Source: Macrostomum lignano (Eukaryota). From it: DNA of 64,000 bases. Positions within the stretch are counted from its first letter, which is position 1. The number at the start of each line of letters is the position of its first letter. Below the pieces are notes generated by a model, which was given only the letters and a program-made list of their open reading frames with translations, searched no databases and was not told the DNA's origin. Location of the stretch: NCBI GenBank assembly GCA_002269645.1, contig NIVC01000422.1:310001-374000 (forward strand), in the 5' to 3' direction. This document shows positions 38,084 through 51,145 of this stretch, piece after piece. A program made the translations under genes and the position numbers.

Positions 38084-40778
38084 CATTCGGCTGTTTCGAT
38101 ACATATCGGCGAAGGTATTTTATTTTTTTACTTTAAATTGTCATTGTTACGTAATCTTTTCGTATCCTGATGCTGATCTAAAGCTGATCTGTTGTATAGT
38201 GCATCTAACGTCTTCAATTACCTTGTTGCACATCACTGTTCGAATTTTGATTCTTAATTAACATAAGTTTCAAGAATACTCATTGTTCGTGCACGCAGTT
38301 ATACTCGTGGATTTTTTAGCTTTTTTAGCCAATGTAAATTTTATTGTCAATTGGCACCATGGAGGAAAGAATAGAATGGTTTGCTAATCTGAACCAGTTA
38401 TTTTTGTCTCGCTTGATCTTAACTTTTAACATCCCTTTCCCCCCCCCCCGTTCTTTCCTATTTGCTCCTGACTGCCATAGACAAAGTCGTTTTCGTCTCG
38501 TTTTCGGCTATATTGTACTGTGATTTAGTCCACGCTTGTGCATGTTGGGGTGGCTGAAATAAATCGATTAACTGGCCGACCCTCAGCCCCCCACCACGCT
38601 CACTCCTCCGACCTCCCCCCCCCAACGCGAGGAGAGCCCCACTTTGTATCATCAGCTGTGCATTAGTCTTTGCGTGCGCGCATTGGGTTGAGGTTAATGC
38701 TAAACTTATCGATTAACTGGCCGACCCTCAGCCCCCCCCCACACTCGCTGTTTCCCCAAACCAGCTTAGTTATTTTAGCTGATGTACATTAATGTCTACA
38801 AAGTAAGAGTGTGCCAGACATTTGAGGATGTGTGGACTAAATTTATCGATTAACTGCCGAACCCCTCATTCCGCAATCCACCACTCACTCCTTTCACAGC
38901 AGCACTCCAAAACAGCCCTAAGTTTTATGACTCAGCGGTAGATTGATAACTCATTTTTGAAGTATGTTTGTTTTAAATTTGTATAGCACGATTGAAAATA
39001 AAGCGTTCTTTTTTAAGCTGAGTCATTTAGGCTTAGCCTGTCTCAAAGAGTGAACTTTTTAATTTTCGACTCGGTAGTTTTTAGTTTCATTATTATTCAT
39101 TACGTTTTTATTTTCTTCACAAGCCCGACTTATTGCTCGTAATCGTTCGATCACTCTTGCCCTGTTTTATTGCTGTATTGGCGGTTAATATTAACTCATT
39201 TTTATAGTTATTACGGCGGCTACTGTCTTAAAGCAGTTTATTTTCATTGTACAAAAATATATTATGGCCAATAATTTTGTAATTCACTTTAAGCAATTTT
39301 ATCAATCAAAGTTGCTGATGACTTTTTTGCCACTAAGACATTTAACTAATACCTAGATTTTTATTGCTATACTCAACTGTTATTTCTTTAACGAGATGAC
39401 TAAATTACTACTACTAGTCACTACACTAGTCAGCCAAGAAATTAATCCTTAACCATGTCTAAGTCTCGGCCAATAACCTCCGTCCCCCAGAGGGCCGATT
39501 TCAGTTTTAAATAGCAAACTATTCGATGTAAACATCTGATGATTCTTTACGAAGGATGTCTCGTGATGGTAAAGCAAATTTATAAAAGTTCGCATGGTAT
39601 GTGTTCAGAATAGCGAGTTTTATGAAACCGTTTACAATGACTAAATTGTTTTTAAATATAATTTTTTCTCTGTGTCGCTTCTATGTTCGAAGAATCTCGT
39701 CTATTTAGTAATGGTTCATGGTTAAAACTCGCGTGCAAACTACAAAATGAGCATCCTAAAAAAGCTTTTGATGACGCCACTCAAACCTGCACGCCCGCGG
39801 CCCTGCAAATTAGGGTCTCAAAAAAAAACAGAAAAAAACTGCGTCTGGGATTATTTGTTTTGAGTTTTTCTTCTGCTCTGGTATTGCGCTGCATCGACTC
39901 GAGATAGAATTAATAAGCATTGCACTGGATCTTCATGAAGAGAAAATTTGTACCATTTGAAGCGGTGTAATTCAACAGCGGTGTATGCAGTGTAGAGGTG
40001 AACTAAATTTTAGATGTGCGTGTAGCTGCGTTTTGTGACTGACGAAAGAACGGCAGTCGAAACAACTATAATGAACGCATTGTATACCTACTCGTAACGT
40101 TTCTGTACATATGAATAGACTGTACCAAAACAATAAAAAAAGCTTCAAGCAGACATTCGACATCATATTTCTTTTGCAGCCAGACGAAAAACAAGAAAGT
40201 AAGTAACATTTAATTCTGTTGTAACACTAAAATAGTTAATATGTTTGAGACCTGTGCATGTATCACTTCATTTTTTCGTATTTGCATGTAATATTTTCTA
40301 TTTGGTTTGCTTCTTTGATTTTGATTAATTTGATTTGAAATTTGATTTGAGTTGATTTTTGTTATGAACTCCATTTTCAATTGCATTTGGATATAAATTT
40401 TCATCTTCATTCGAAACTAGAGTTTAATTGTCTAGCTCGCTGCTTACTGCCTAAACTTGAAAGAGCTATTTCTTTCTTTCTTTAACTTTCTTTGACTTTC
40501 TTTAACAAAAATTTCCTATTTGTCTGAAACTTGACCTGAAGAGGCATAAACACGCATTGTGATTTCTAGCTTCAAGACACCAAAATTAGCTACTCTAGAA
40601 ACTATTTAAAAAACCTTCTAGCTAGCTTCTTCGTGCAATTTTCAGTTTTGAGCTACGTGCAATTTAATTCAACTAAACTCCCAATGATTACAGAACTTCG
40701 TCATCAATTTCATCCTACATCCAGAGGGAAGAAAAATCAAGGGAAAATAAACTAAATTGGAGCCGAGAAGCTGAGGTA

Positions 40779-43700
40779 ATGGAGCCTCCGCTTTACGAAG
40801 AGGTGCAGTTGCTTCACGAGACGTACGATTGTCCTGAGGAGCGCGATGAGCATTGTATAGTGGCAGCAAAAACTGCTGCAGAAAGAAATGAATGGGAAAA
40901 AGTAAAAGGCCTAGTTCAATCAGTCTCAAACATCAAGAACAGGGATGAGTGCCACAAAGACCTAGCTAAATCGGCTGCTTTCAAAGGGATCGTAGATGCT
41001 GTGAAGTTTCTTGTTTTAGGAATCTCAGACAAAAATGTGAGAGATCAGTGCTGCAGAGAGGCTGCGAGTTCTGCCGCAGCCCGAGGTCATATAGAAATCG
41101 TGCAGTTTCTCGTACGAAACATCTCTAACAGAGAGATAAAAGATCAGTGCTGCAAAAAGGCTGCAAGCTCAGCAGCATCACGAGGTCATTTGGAAGTTGT
41201 AAAGCTTCTGGTTAATTCAGCTTCGGACCAATCGAAAAGAGATCAGTGCTGCATAGAAGCTGTGAAAGTTGCTGCTTACAAAGGACAGCTAAAAGTAGTA
41301 AAATCCTTGATGCTGTTGGTCTCAGAACAAATTCTGAATGACAATTGCTGCGCGTGGATTACTGAATCTGCGATCAAAGGTCACGTGAAAGTCGCAAAAT
41401 TTATAGCTCAGGCGGTTTCAGACCCAAGTTTGAAAGATGATTGTTGCATTGACGCAGCAAAGTGTGCGGTTAATTATTTTCAGTGGGATACATTCAAAGA
41501 AATCGTAAGAAACATTTCTGACAAAGAAAAAAGAGATCAGTGCTACATGGAAGCCGTAAAATTTGCTGCAATTAACGGTCAGTCAGATGTGGTTAAAACT
41601 CTTTTGCCGCTTGTTTCTAGCAAAAAGACAAGAGACGACTGGTGCATGTACCTCGCTAAGCTTCTCGCAAAGCAATGCCAGAGCTGGAAAATTGTGGCAG
41701 ACTTAGTAAGGTCCGTTTCAAACCCTATGCCTGCTACATCTGACGGTGAGTTCAACTTGACTAGCTGTCTTGTGAATCTCGTTTCGAACCAACAAGCACG
41801 GGATAACTGGTTCAAATATTTGGTCAAGTTCCTGCTAAAGCAATGGTACGGTTCAGAAGAAGTACTATTGCAGTCTGTTTCTGACTCAAAAAAGAAAGAT
41901 GAGTTTTGCTTAGAGGTAGCTAAATCTGCAGCTTATTACGGTCAGTTGGATGCCATCGAGTCGATACTTCGTTGTCATTCAAAAGCTCCTCCGAGTTATG
42001 AAAATCTCCGCTTCGAATGCGTGGTCGCGGCTTGCTCTCGTCTCCACGAAAACGTTGTTGCTTTCTTTGGTCTCGAGCCCAACTGGCTCTTCGAGTACAG
42101 CTCAATCCTCAGATTCACAGCCTCGATGGCCATTGAGAAGAAGAACTCCGTTCTCACTAAGACCGTATCTCGAATGCAGCCAGATCAGATTATACAGTTG
42201 CTCCGTTTCTCCATCTCTCAAAGCCATGTCGCACTGGCTTTCACGCTGATCAAGGTTGAGCAATTTAGGCCAATGGATATTGATCTGCCTGACAGTACTG
42301 GAGCCACTGCTCTCATGCTGGCAGCCGATGTAGGTCATCACGAGATCATTAAGGAACTGTTGGATCTCGGTGCCTCAGTGCGTACTCAAGACAGTCAGAG
42401 TCGGACTGCTCTGTCACGAGCGTGCAAAGCGGGTCACGTTGGAGCTGTGAAGGCTCTGTTAAACAAAGGAGCGGATGCGAGTCATCGAGACAACCAGGGC
42501 CTGACGTGTGTGCAGGTGGCGGAACGATATGGACAGCAGCAAGTGCTGCGTCTGATGAATTCTAGAGAATCAGCCACCTCCCCGCCATTCTTTAATCCAA
42601 GGACAACAGGGTAAGTCAAATCAACTTTTCTTGCAATATTGATATAATATGCAAGTCAAGTTTACTTTTGGTTTTTAATTAAAATGGCGGCAATTTTAAA
42701 GAAAGTGCACATTTACGAGCTAGCTAATGCTTTGTAGAAAACGCACATGTCTAAAAATTAAACCAATTTATTAAATGCATTCTTAAATATATAGCGCACA
42801 CAGCTACTGCCGCTAAGTAATTTATTCAAGTTATTATGTTCAATGAAGCTTTATGGACTAAAATCAGACAAGTTAGGAACCAAAGCTTCTGGTTTAATAC
42901 GAGTATATGTAGCTTCACTTCGTTAAGGCGGAAAGTTGACCTTGAATAAACTTTAAATGCACCCTTGACAACAATTTGAATACAATTCCAACGATTTTCA
43001 GATTCAGGGGTGCTGCAAAGTACTTGCGTACACAGAGCGTTGAGCTCAGTTATAAAATTTTCGATCATCTCGCCAAGGCAGGATTCAATAAGAAGAGAGC
43101 AGAGTGCCAGCAGCGATTGGCTGACTGCTTAGAGGGAAGCGCTCGAGTCCTCACACAGGAAGACAGGCAGATGACGGGAAGCTGCGCGGAGGGCTGGGCC
43201 AACAGTTTGAGACAAGTAAACGGCAGAACAGACGCTGACTCGGACATTGACTGGACTGTGCTGATTCCTGGTCAAGAGCTTCATTTGAATGGAGGCTGCA
43301 AATGCGATAAACTTTCGACTGAAATAAGAAATGTCACGAAACTTCAGGTTGCTGAAGGCCATGCGCAGGTTCCAATGGGATCTGGTAAGTGAGGGTAAAT
43401 AAACTTCTATCGTTGGATGTGTGGATTTGCTACTACATTTACACAAACAATGTAATGATACATACAGATTTTTTCCGGCCGTGTTAGCGAAGGCCGAGTT
43501 GGCTTTTGATGCGCTTAAGAGGCGCTCGATTGTATATATATTTTAATTGAAATGAAAGCGATGCCGCGCACTGAACGATAGCATAAAAGCTTATACCATA
43601 GACAGGCAGCAATTGTGTAAGCTGAAGCAGCGTAGCGGCTGAAGCTTATTAATGCAATTGCTGCCGTGAAAGAATCTATTTATGACGGTTTTTTGTACCT

Positions 43701-46700
43701 TTTTTGAATGTAATTTATTGTTACCCGATTTTTAGTCAATTCTTTTGTCTATGGTCTACTTTGAAAGAGAAGTAAACAAATCAGTCAATCGTTTAGGGCA
43801 ATTGGAAAGGACAGTGGCAGGGAAGCCTCTATGGTCGCTGCGCTCCCCAGGAAGGGACACTAGTTTAGGCAGCATAGAATAGTTTTTTTCATTTTTATGA
43901 CTGGTAAATCTATATAACTTAACGAGGCCAACTCCTCCTTCGGAGAAGAAAGGGGAAGAATTCCCATCACCGGAATTCCATTCCCTGAACTCCATCAGCC
44001 TAATCCCATTTTCCAACAGCTCTCCGCGCAATAGAAATCGTCTCCGTGAAACTGAACACCATCGAAATCCTCTCCGCAAAATAGAAATCCTCTCCATGAA
44101 ACTTGACTCAATCAAAATTTCTCCGTCAAACAGAACTCAGCTCTCAGAATTCATTCGTTAGGGTTAGGGTTAGGGTTAGAGCTACACACAGCTGCGTGTT
44201 GAAAAGGGCCGGTAAAAAAAACATTTTTTTCTCATTCAGTCAATATCATGTTCTCAGTTAGAGTTAACAAAAAGATTGCGCAATCTAATTCAACCCTCCA
44301 ATTCACAGCGACCGATCCCCTTCCAATACGCAGTGGCAATTAAAAGTTGAACTGATATCTTTCCCTTATGCAGAAAAGCATGCTTTCGAATCCTCATATT
44401 TTGAATTTCGAATTATTTATAGCTCGTAGCAAAAGCTCAAGAAGTTGAAGCTTAGTCTATGGCCATAGACATATTATTATTTCTCAAGTGCTCACTGCGA
44501 GAAATATTTATTTTTTTAGCTCATAGCATCCAAGCTACAATAAGTTGAAGTTTAGTCTATGGCCATAGACATATTGAGCTCTCACTGCGGAAAAAATACA
44601 CTAATTAGATAGGAAAAATACAGTTTTTTGAATATTTAATCCCCTTAGCAATGAGCTAGAGCTCATTAAAATAGCCTAAAGCCTGCTCCGGAAAATTTGC
44701 AGTTTTCCCATATAAGTTTCGACGCTGACTTGGCAGTATTGTAGGAGTTCACTTGCTACATACATACAGACAGACAAACATCGCACCAGTTTTAGTATAA
44801 GGAGGAGAGAATCTGAAAAGTTTCTATGTATATATGTACATAATCCATTTTAAAGGAATTTATCCAACCGATTTTTTTTCAAACTTGCACCATTCGATCA
44901 GAAATTCTTGCGAATCGGTACAGTTCTCTCGGCTAAGAGATTGCTTCATTTTAAAGGGATTCAATATTCGAAAAACTGTATTTTCCCTATCTAATTAGTG
45001 TATTTTTCTCGCAGTGAGAGCTCAATACGTCTACAGCCATAGACTAAACTTCAATTCTTGAGCTGATACAATGAGTTATAAATAGTTATACCTAGCTTGT
45101 TAAATTTTACAATTTATTATGAATATCTTCGTCTTCAACTTGTTTGAAACCTGAACTGATTGTCTGAATTAAAGCCGGGTGTTACAAAATGTGCATAATC
45201 ACTTGAACAGAAATGCCTCGACGACATTGCGCTACGTTTAAAAGGGAATTGCTGAGATGTCAAGGTCTAATGGGAATTGCTGAAATGTCAAGGCTTAGTG
45301 GGGAAATTCCAGAGATGTAAAGTTCTGGGGTGAATGGCTAAGATTTCAAGGCTTGCTGGGGTATAATTGCTTAGAAGTCAAGGCTTATTGTGGGAATTTT
45401 TGAGATATCCATTCTCACTGGGTGGAATTGCTGAGATATCAAGGCTCACCGGGGGGAATTGCTGAGATATCAAGGCTTACCGGGGGGAATTGCTGAGATA
45501 TCAAGGCTCACTATTGGTGGATAATCATTGGTGGAATTGCTGCGATATATAACTGTCTAATGGGTGCTGTTGTAAACTGTCTAATTGGTGCTGTTGTAAC
45601 TGTCTAATGGGTGCTGTTGTAAACTGTCTAACGGGTGCTGTTGTAACTGTCTAACGGGTGCTGTTGTAACTGTCTAATAGGTGCTGTTGTAAACTGTCTA
45701 ACGGGTGCTGTTGTAACTGTCTAACGGGTGCTGTTGTAACTGTCTAATAGGTGCTGTTGTAAACTGTTTAACGGGTGCTGTTGTAAACTGTCTAACGGGT
45801 GCTACATGTATTGTAAACTGTCTAACGAATGCTGTTGTAAACTGTCTAACGGGTGCTGTTGTAACTGTCTAATAGGTGCTGTTGTAAACTGTTTAACGGG
45901 TGCTGTTGTAAACTGTCTAACGGGTGCTATTGTAACTGTCTAACGGGTGCTGTTGTAACTGTCTAATAGGTGCTGTTGTAAACTGTTTAACGGGTGCTGT
46001 TGTAAACTGCTTAACGGGTGCTATTGTAACTGTCTAACGGGTGCTGTTGTAAACTGTTTAACAGGTGCTGTTGTAAACTGTCTAACGGGTGCTATTGTAA
46101 ACTGTCTAACGGGTGCTGTTGTAAACTGTCTAACGGGTGCTGTTGTAAACTGTCTAACGGGTGCTGTTGTAAACTGTCTAACGGGTCCTGTTGTAAACTG
46201 TCTAACGGGTGCTGTTGTAAACTGAAAAGAAAAGTGCTTGCTCGAAAAAATGTTTGGGACACGCAAAGCAGGTCAGCCTGGTAATCTATATAACTAAATC
46301 TGAAAAGTTTCTGTTTGTATGTGTGTAAATAATCCATTTTTAAAAAATTAAATTTTTATGTCCTGCAAAGCGAGTCTAATTGCTAGTTTTTAACTAAAAG
46401 TCCTCTTTTCTATAGCCAAATGCATCCGTAAATTTTCCGGCAACAATAATAAAACAGCCGGCAAACAATTGAATTGGTGCCGAAAGGCTCACTGCCGAAA
46501 AAACCACAGACGAAAGGGTACAATGCACTTTATGAGTCTTAGCTAAGCTAGAGAAGCCAGTACACCATTTTACCTCCTATTTTTAGCAGTCTTGTTCAAA
46601 AGAAACAAGCAGAACTTCAATTCAAACACTTTAAGAAATATCAGCCCTTGCGGAACTTCAATTCAAACAAAGTCCCTTTCTATTGAAACAGAAGAACTTC

Positions 46701-49484
46701 AATTCAGACTGTCTGTGGCCAAAATTGTCCCCGAATGACGCGCATGCGCAGATTTGAAATTCAAAAGAAACAAAGTCACATTCTATTTCGACAGAGATTT
46801 TTGCACATACATTTAGATACAAGTACATTTTTAGTACATTAATCTAATTTTTTGTTTTTCCTGTACTGCATAACTGTACAATCGTTGCGCAATAAGAAAC
46901 GATATGAATGCTAAAGAGTGAAGATCAGATTGAAGAAGACGATGAATTGCTGGAAGAAGTTGGAATTTGAAGCAGAATTCGATGAAGATATCATGGAACA
47001 GCAGCCTCGGCAGTACGCAATTGTAAGCAACAGTGACAGAGACCGTATCATCAAGGCTGCTGATCGTGAGGATGACTTTGTGGAACTGGCGCGCCAACTT
47101 GGAGTCAAGAGGTCAACAGCGTACACGATTGTAAGGTCAGGGAGAGCGGAAAAGCAGCCTACGAGATTCCAGACTCCATTCAGGTGAAGCGGCGGCTTCC
47201 ACCCTACCATCATTTTGACTCCTGTGGAGAACTTAATGTCTTGTTGGAAGGCCGCTCTGAAGAGAGAACTGGCAGCAGACCAGCAAAATTTTATCGCTCC
47301 GATAGCTGAGCAGCACGGGAACCAGTCGATGGCGGCCTAACGGTGAGACATTCCGTACAGCATGGTGGACAGAACCATTGGCTGCATCTCTGTGGACAAG
47401 TGCACTGAGTGGTGCAACCATGTGTTTACATGCTTCCCTCGCTGCCTTGGTGGACAGGCAATTGATGGTCAGGTGTCTCAAGTTGGCCAACTGACACTGT
47501 CTTGTTTCTGTTTTTCATTTTAGTCTTATGTTCGTCGATATGTTGTGTTTTATCCCTTTGTCGAAATAGAATGCGACTTTGTTTCTTTTGAATTTCAAAT
47601 CTGCGCATGCGCGTCATTCGGGGACAATTTTGGCCACAGACAGTCTGAATTGAAGTTCTTCTGTTTCAATAGAAAGGGACTTTGTTTGAATTGAAGTTCC
47701 GCAAGGGCTGATATTTCTTAAAGTGTTTGAATTGAAGTTCTGCTTGCTTCTTTTGAACAAGAATTTGCTAAAAATAGGAGGTAAAATGGTTGTACTAGGC
47801 TGCAGAGGACTGAAGTGATGTATATGTAATGGATGTAAATTTCCTAAATAAAGAAACTGCAATCGATAATTTGTCAGATCAGTCGACTAGAACGCTAAGA
47901 CATCCCGCGGTGCTTAAGTTGACATTGCCTTTAAGAACGCCAGAATTTCAATCCTAGCATGAAATTCTCAATCTCTTCTTAGCTATCATATCGGCCTGCA
48001 TATTACTGTAATAACTTTCCACTGCAGGCAGCCAACCTGCTGTGCCAGACAAGCCGTGCGGTGTACGGCCCGCCCAGGACACCTGTCATGCTATCGACTG
48101 CTGCAGCAGCTTCTGTGAGGACAGTTTCAAGAAACTACTTGGATTTCCTTTTACAAATGTTCATCTCGTGCGGGCTACTAGACCAAACTGCACCGATGAA
48201 CTTAGAGTGAGCTTCAGCTTCCATGAGAAACAAATCATGAGACGGCTGAACACAGTTCAGGGCCAACTGTTCGTAATCATCAAGTACATATTCAAGCGAT
48301 ATTTGCCTCTCAAAATGAGTACACCTGGACTCAAGACTTATCATGCAAAAACTCTGATTTTCTTTATGCTAAAGAAACATGGAATAAAGCTCGGGCCGGC
48401 TTGGATGCCTCATCGTTTACTTCCACGGCTGTTGGAGGCTCTCGACATGATGCTGGACTTCATCAACTCAAGCAGCTCACCGGACGAATGTATGCCGCAC
48501 TTTTTTATGCCTGACGCTCCCCTTTACTTCAAGAACGCTGGAGTCGGCGGTGACTTCAACAACACGAAGTCGAGGGTTCGAGAGCGTCTGAGCGAACTCA
48601 GAGACAACATCGGCGTAGTGTTTGTGGAGCTTAAAAAACTCGTGAAGCCTCTTGATCAGTCGAAGAGTTTTTACTTTCATCCTTTCACTCTGCTGCCTCT
48701 GTCAGTGCCGCCTGTCGTCACAACTCCAACCGGGGACGAAACAGAATGGCAAGTGCAGTATTATAAGCTGGCAAATACATACAACCTAATTTATCACTGT
48801 TTGAAAGAATTGCAGTCGGAATCGAGTGACCAGAATAATCTGATGGGGCACCTAAGTCGCTTGAAAGAGCAGCCTTGGTGTCGATGCGCTGCTCTGTGCC
48901 TAAAAACAATGGCCTGTTTGAAGTCCCAAAATGTCCAAGAAGCTGTGAGACTCGCTCTAGACTTACAGAAGCATCGAGTAAAACAAGGATTCAAGCCTGA
49001 GGAAATTAAGTCAGTCTATTACCGCCAATGCAATTATCGCGGAGTTGAACTGCCCACAGACTCAGACTGGGCTTGGAGGTTCTGCCTCCCCTGCGACTCT
49101 CCGCCTAGCTTTTCATTCCTTCCCGAGTTCACGCAGACTCTGTTCACAACCAGACTATCACAGCCTCGGTCCTCCCATCTGTACGTGAACTTCCGCTGTC
49201 TGAGCTGGAGTCTGCAAGCTGAGCTGCTCCGCGATCGCTCTGCACCTGCAATCGAATTTGACAGTTGGAAGACAGAGTTGGATGAAAACCCGGACTTGGA
49301 GGAGCTGCTTACTCTGGCTCAGTACAGCAACTGCCGCGAGCACGTAGCGTTCTGTCTGCGAACAATGAAGGTGATCAAGCAGAAGAAACGCGTTGCCATT
49401 GAGGACCAGGATAATAAGAAGATCGGTCAAGTCAGAGAGAAGTTGAAAAGCTTTGATGCAGGCTATTTCTGCCAAGTTTTATAG
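40779..49484 (+). CDS. Ankyrin-repeat + Mab-21/cGAS-like nucleotidyltransferase (cGLR-type) protein, 3 exons: 40779-42610, 43002 (or 43008)-43384, 48028-49484 (~1223 aa)
   Basis: Exon 1: ~11 divergent 33-aa repeats (DQCC.EAA..AA..GH..VV..LV..IS) plus 3 canonical ANK repeats (GATALMLAA, SRTALSRAC, GLTCVQVA). Exon 2: TGSCAEG...DSDIDW NTase motif. Exon 3: QDTCHAIDC, HLV, LRVSFSFHEKQIM, LKTYHAKTLIFFM, CMPHFFMP, which are Mab-21 C-lobe motifs. GT-AG phases 2 and 1 fit. The start codon is less certain. Confidence 0.85.
44157..44179 (+). repeat. Short interstitial (TTAGGG)3-4 run
   Basis: gttagggttagggttagggttag at the end of an AT-rich repeat-like segment. Confidence 0.8.
44533..45063. repeat. ~100-bp inverted repeat pair (44533-44635 / 44964-45063), with a perfect 16-bp palindrome gtctatggccatagac in two copies (~44455, ~44556)
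   Basis: The reverse complement of 44964-45063 aligns to 44533-44635 with scattered mismatches. Confidence 0.85.
45240..45545. repeat. Degenerate ~31-bp repeat (ggggaattgctgagatatcaaggctcacc) in cGLR intron 2
   Basis: Best copies at 45424-45510. Confidence 0.8.
45550..46222. repeat. 23-24-bp minisatellite (tgttgtaaactgtctaacgggtgc) in cGLR intron 2
   Basis: Period 24 (46141, 46165). Explains the FTTAPVRQ ORFs. Confidence 0.96.
46285..46386 (+). mobile_element. 102-bp Helitron-like non-autonomous element (TC...CTAG between A and T)
   Basis: a|tctatataactaaatctgaaaag ... cctgcaaagcgagtctaattgctag|t. A second similar 3' end (cacgcaaagcaggtcagcctggt) lies immediately upstream, and the atctgaaaagtttct 5' motif recurs at 44811. 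Confidence 0.55.
46554..47803 (+). mobile_element. Internally deleted Tc1/IS630-superfamily element with ~245-bp terminal inverted repeats, in cGLR intron 2
   Basis: 46554-46800 is the reverse complement of 47556-47803. Inside, an HTH (DRDRIIKAAD..DFVELARQLGVKRSTAYTIV) is joined near 47160 to the DDE C-terminus (LPPY..F.TPVENLMSCWK), with stops. Confidence 0.88.
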
Positions 49485-51030
49485 TTGACTTATGCGTTCA
49501 TTTTTTCAATCGGCTGTAACCAAAAACATATTAATAATTTAGTAAAGGACAATCCCTAGCATCAAGATTAACCAATAGCGCCAACCCATCTTCTATATAT
49601 ATTAGTTTTAATTTGTTTCAGTTCACTTGTAGTATCCTATAGCACATACCCACTGCATATATTGTCAATTCATTTTTCTGTTGTGTAATAAGTTTATATT
49701 GCTTCTATTTTAACATTGTTTTTAAGGATTTGCTTAAAAGCGAATTTTTAATGTCTATTTGATGTAATTTTACAACCATGTACAACATTCTCACGTCCAT
49801 CGTTGTACGAGTACTTGATGTCGGCTGTTGTATAGTTATTTTTAAGTTGCGCCATGTCGGATGACGACGTTATTCGTCGGCAAAACGTCGGTAAAATTGT
49901 GACGTTGACGGTTTCTTTTGTCTCGCCAGTTTGTCGGTTGGTAGCTCGTATCAGCTGGGAATATTTAATGTGTAATCTGGTTATTTCAATGAGTTGTATT
50001 TTTATGTTTGCTGACGATGGTTGGCAATACTTTGTTTTACTGGGTTGGCAATACTTTATTTAACATTTTAATTCTGTGGCTTCGGAGGAGAGGGATCTTG
50101 GGTACGTGCTTGTCTGTTAAAACTACCGCTTGCAAGTTCATTTTTTCAAGCATTATTAAAGAACGCTTCCCGCCAGATCTTAAACTGCATTCAGTCTAAG
50201 TACCGTGTTCTCCCACAAGATCATATCTTCCGAAGCCAACCCACCTGATCCGTTACTTTGTTATCAGTTGCAAGCGAATATTATACTTCTGCCAACCGTG
50301 TTTGAGAGAAAAAATACAAAAAATCCAATAATCGGCCAGTTGTCATCGATTAATCAAGGTTCTACGTGTTCTTCGCTAATTTGAATACATGTAGCAGCCC
50401 GTCAGCACGCGAACTCTTACATCAGATCAGATATATTCGTCAAAAAAATTATTTATTTTCGCACCTATTTATTTTCCAGCGAAACTTCGATAGATGTCGG
50501 AAACATTAGCCGATATCAGATTGCTGTACGGGATCCCATCGCACCTAAAAATTATGGTAGCCACCGGAGACTTTTGCATGTATATGTACATGTGCATTTA
50601 GGACTTAATTCAGATCTGAGAGCAGGCAACCCTCGATCGTTATTGCCTCTTGACCACGCAACGCCAACTTGCCGTAAGGACATTACTTAGTGCAGTTTAA
50701 GGTTAAGTCATATGGTAGCACTTGTAATTTACCTGATTTCGCATCATTGCAATTATGGACTCGGATCAGTGTCTTACATGTACTTGATCTCTTCACCCTG
50801 AGTTCTAGAGAGTGCAGTTTCGACCTCTATTTAGATTTACCGTTTTAAAAGACTCCCATTGTAAACATGCATCTTTCCTTGGTGAATTAAAGCAACATGC
50901 GCACGTATAGTATAGCCATGACCTTAACGTGTAGCTTTAAGTGTGACTGCGAGTAACAAATTTGAGTCGCAAAACAACTGTCTTTTACACATTTTTGTCT
51001 TTAATATGTAAGAATATTGAATTATACATG

Positions 51031-51145
51031 TTGAAGAAGGCCGCGATTGGAAACAACTGGCCGATATCCTTGGGATCAAGAGAAAGACAGCCAAAACGAT
51101 TGTCGACACCTACGTTCAAACCGGGCACATTGAGAAGCTTCCAGC
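51031..51145 (+). pseudogene. Tc1/IS630-type transposase HTH fragment
   Basis: Frame not in the ORF track: EEGRDWKQLADILGIKRKTAKTIVDTYVQTGHIEKLP, similar to the HTH at 47000-47155. Confidence 0.65.

Noticed and set aside
44157-44179. Telomere or chromosome-healing site
   Set aside because: Only 3-4 units, inside an intron and adjoining repeat-like DNA.
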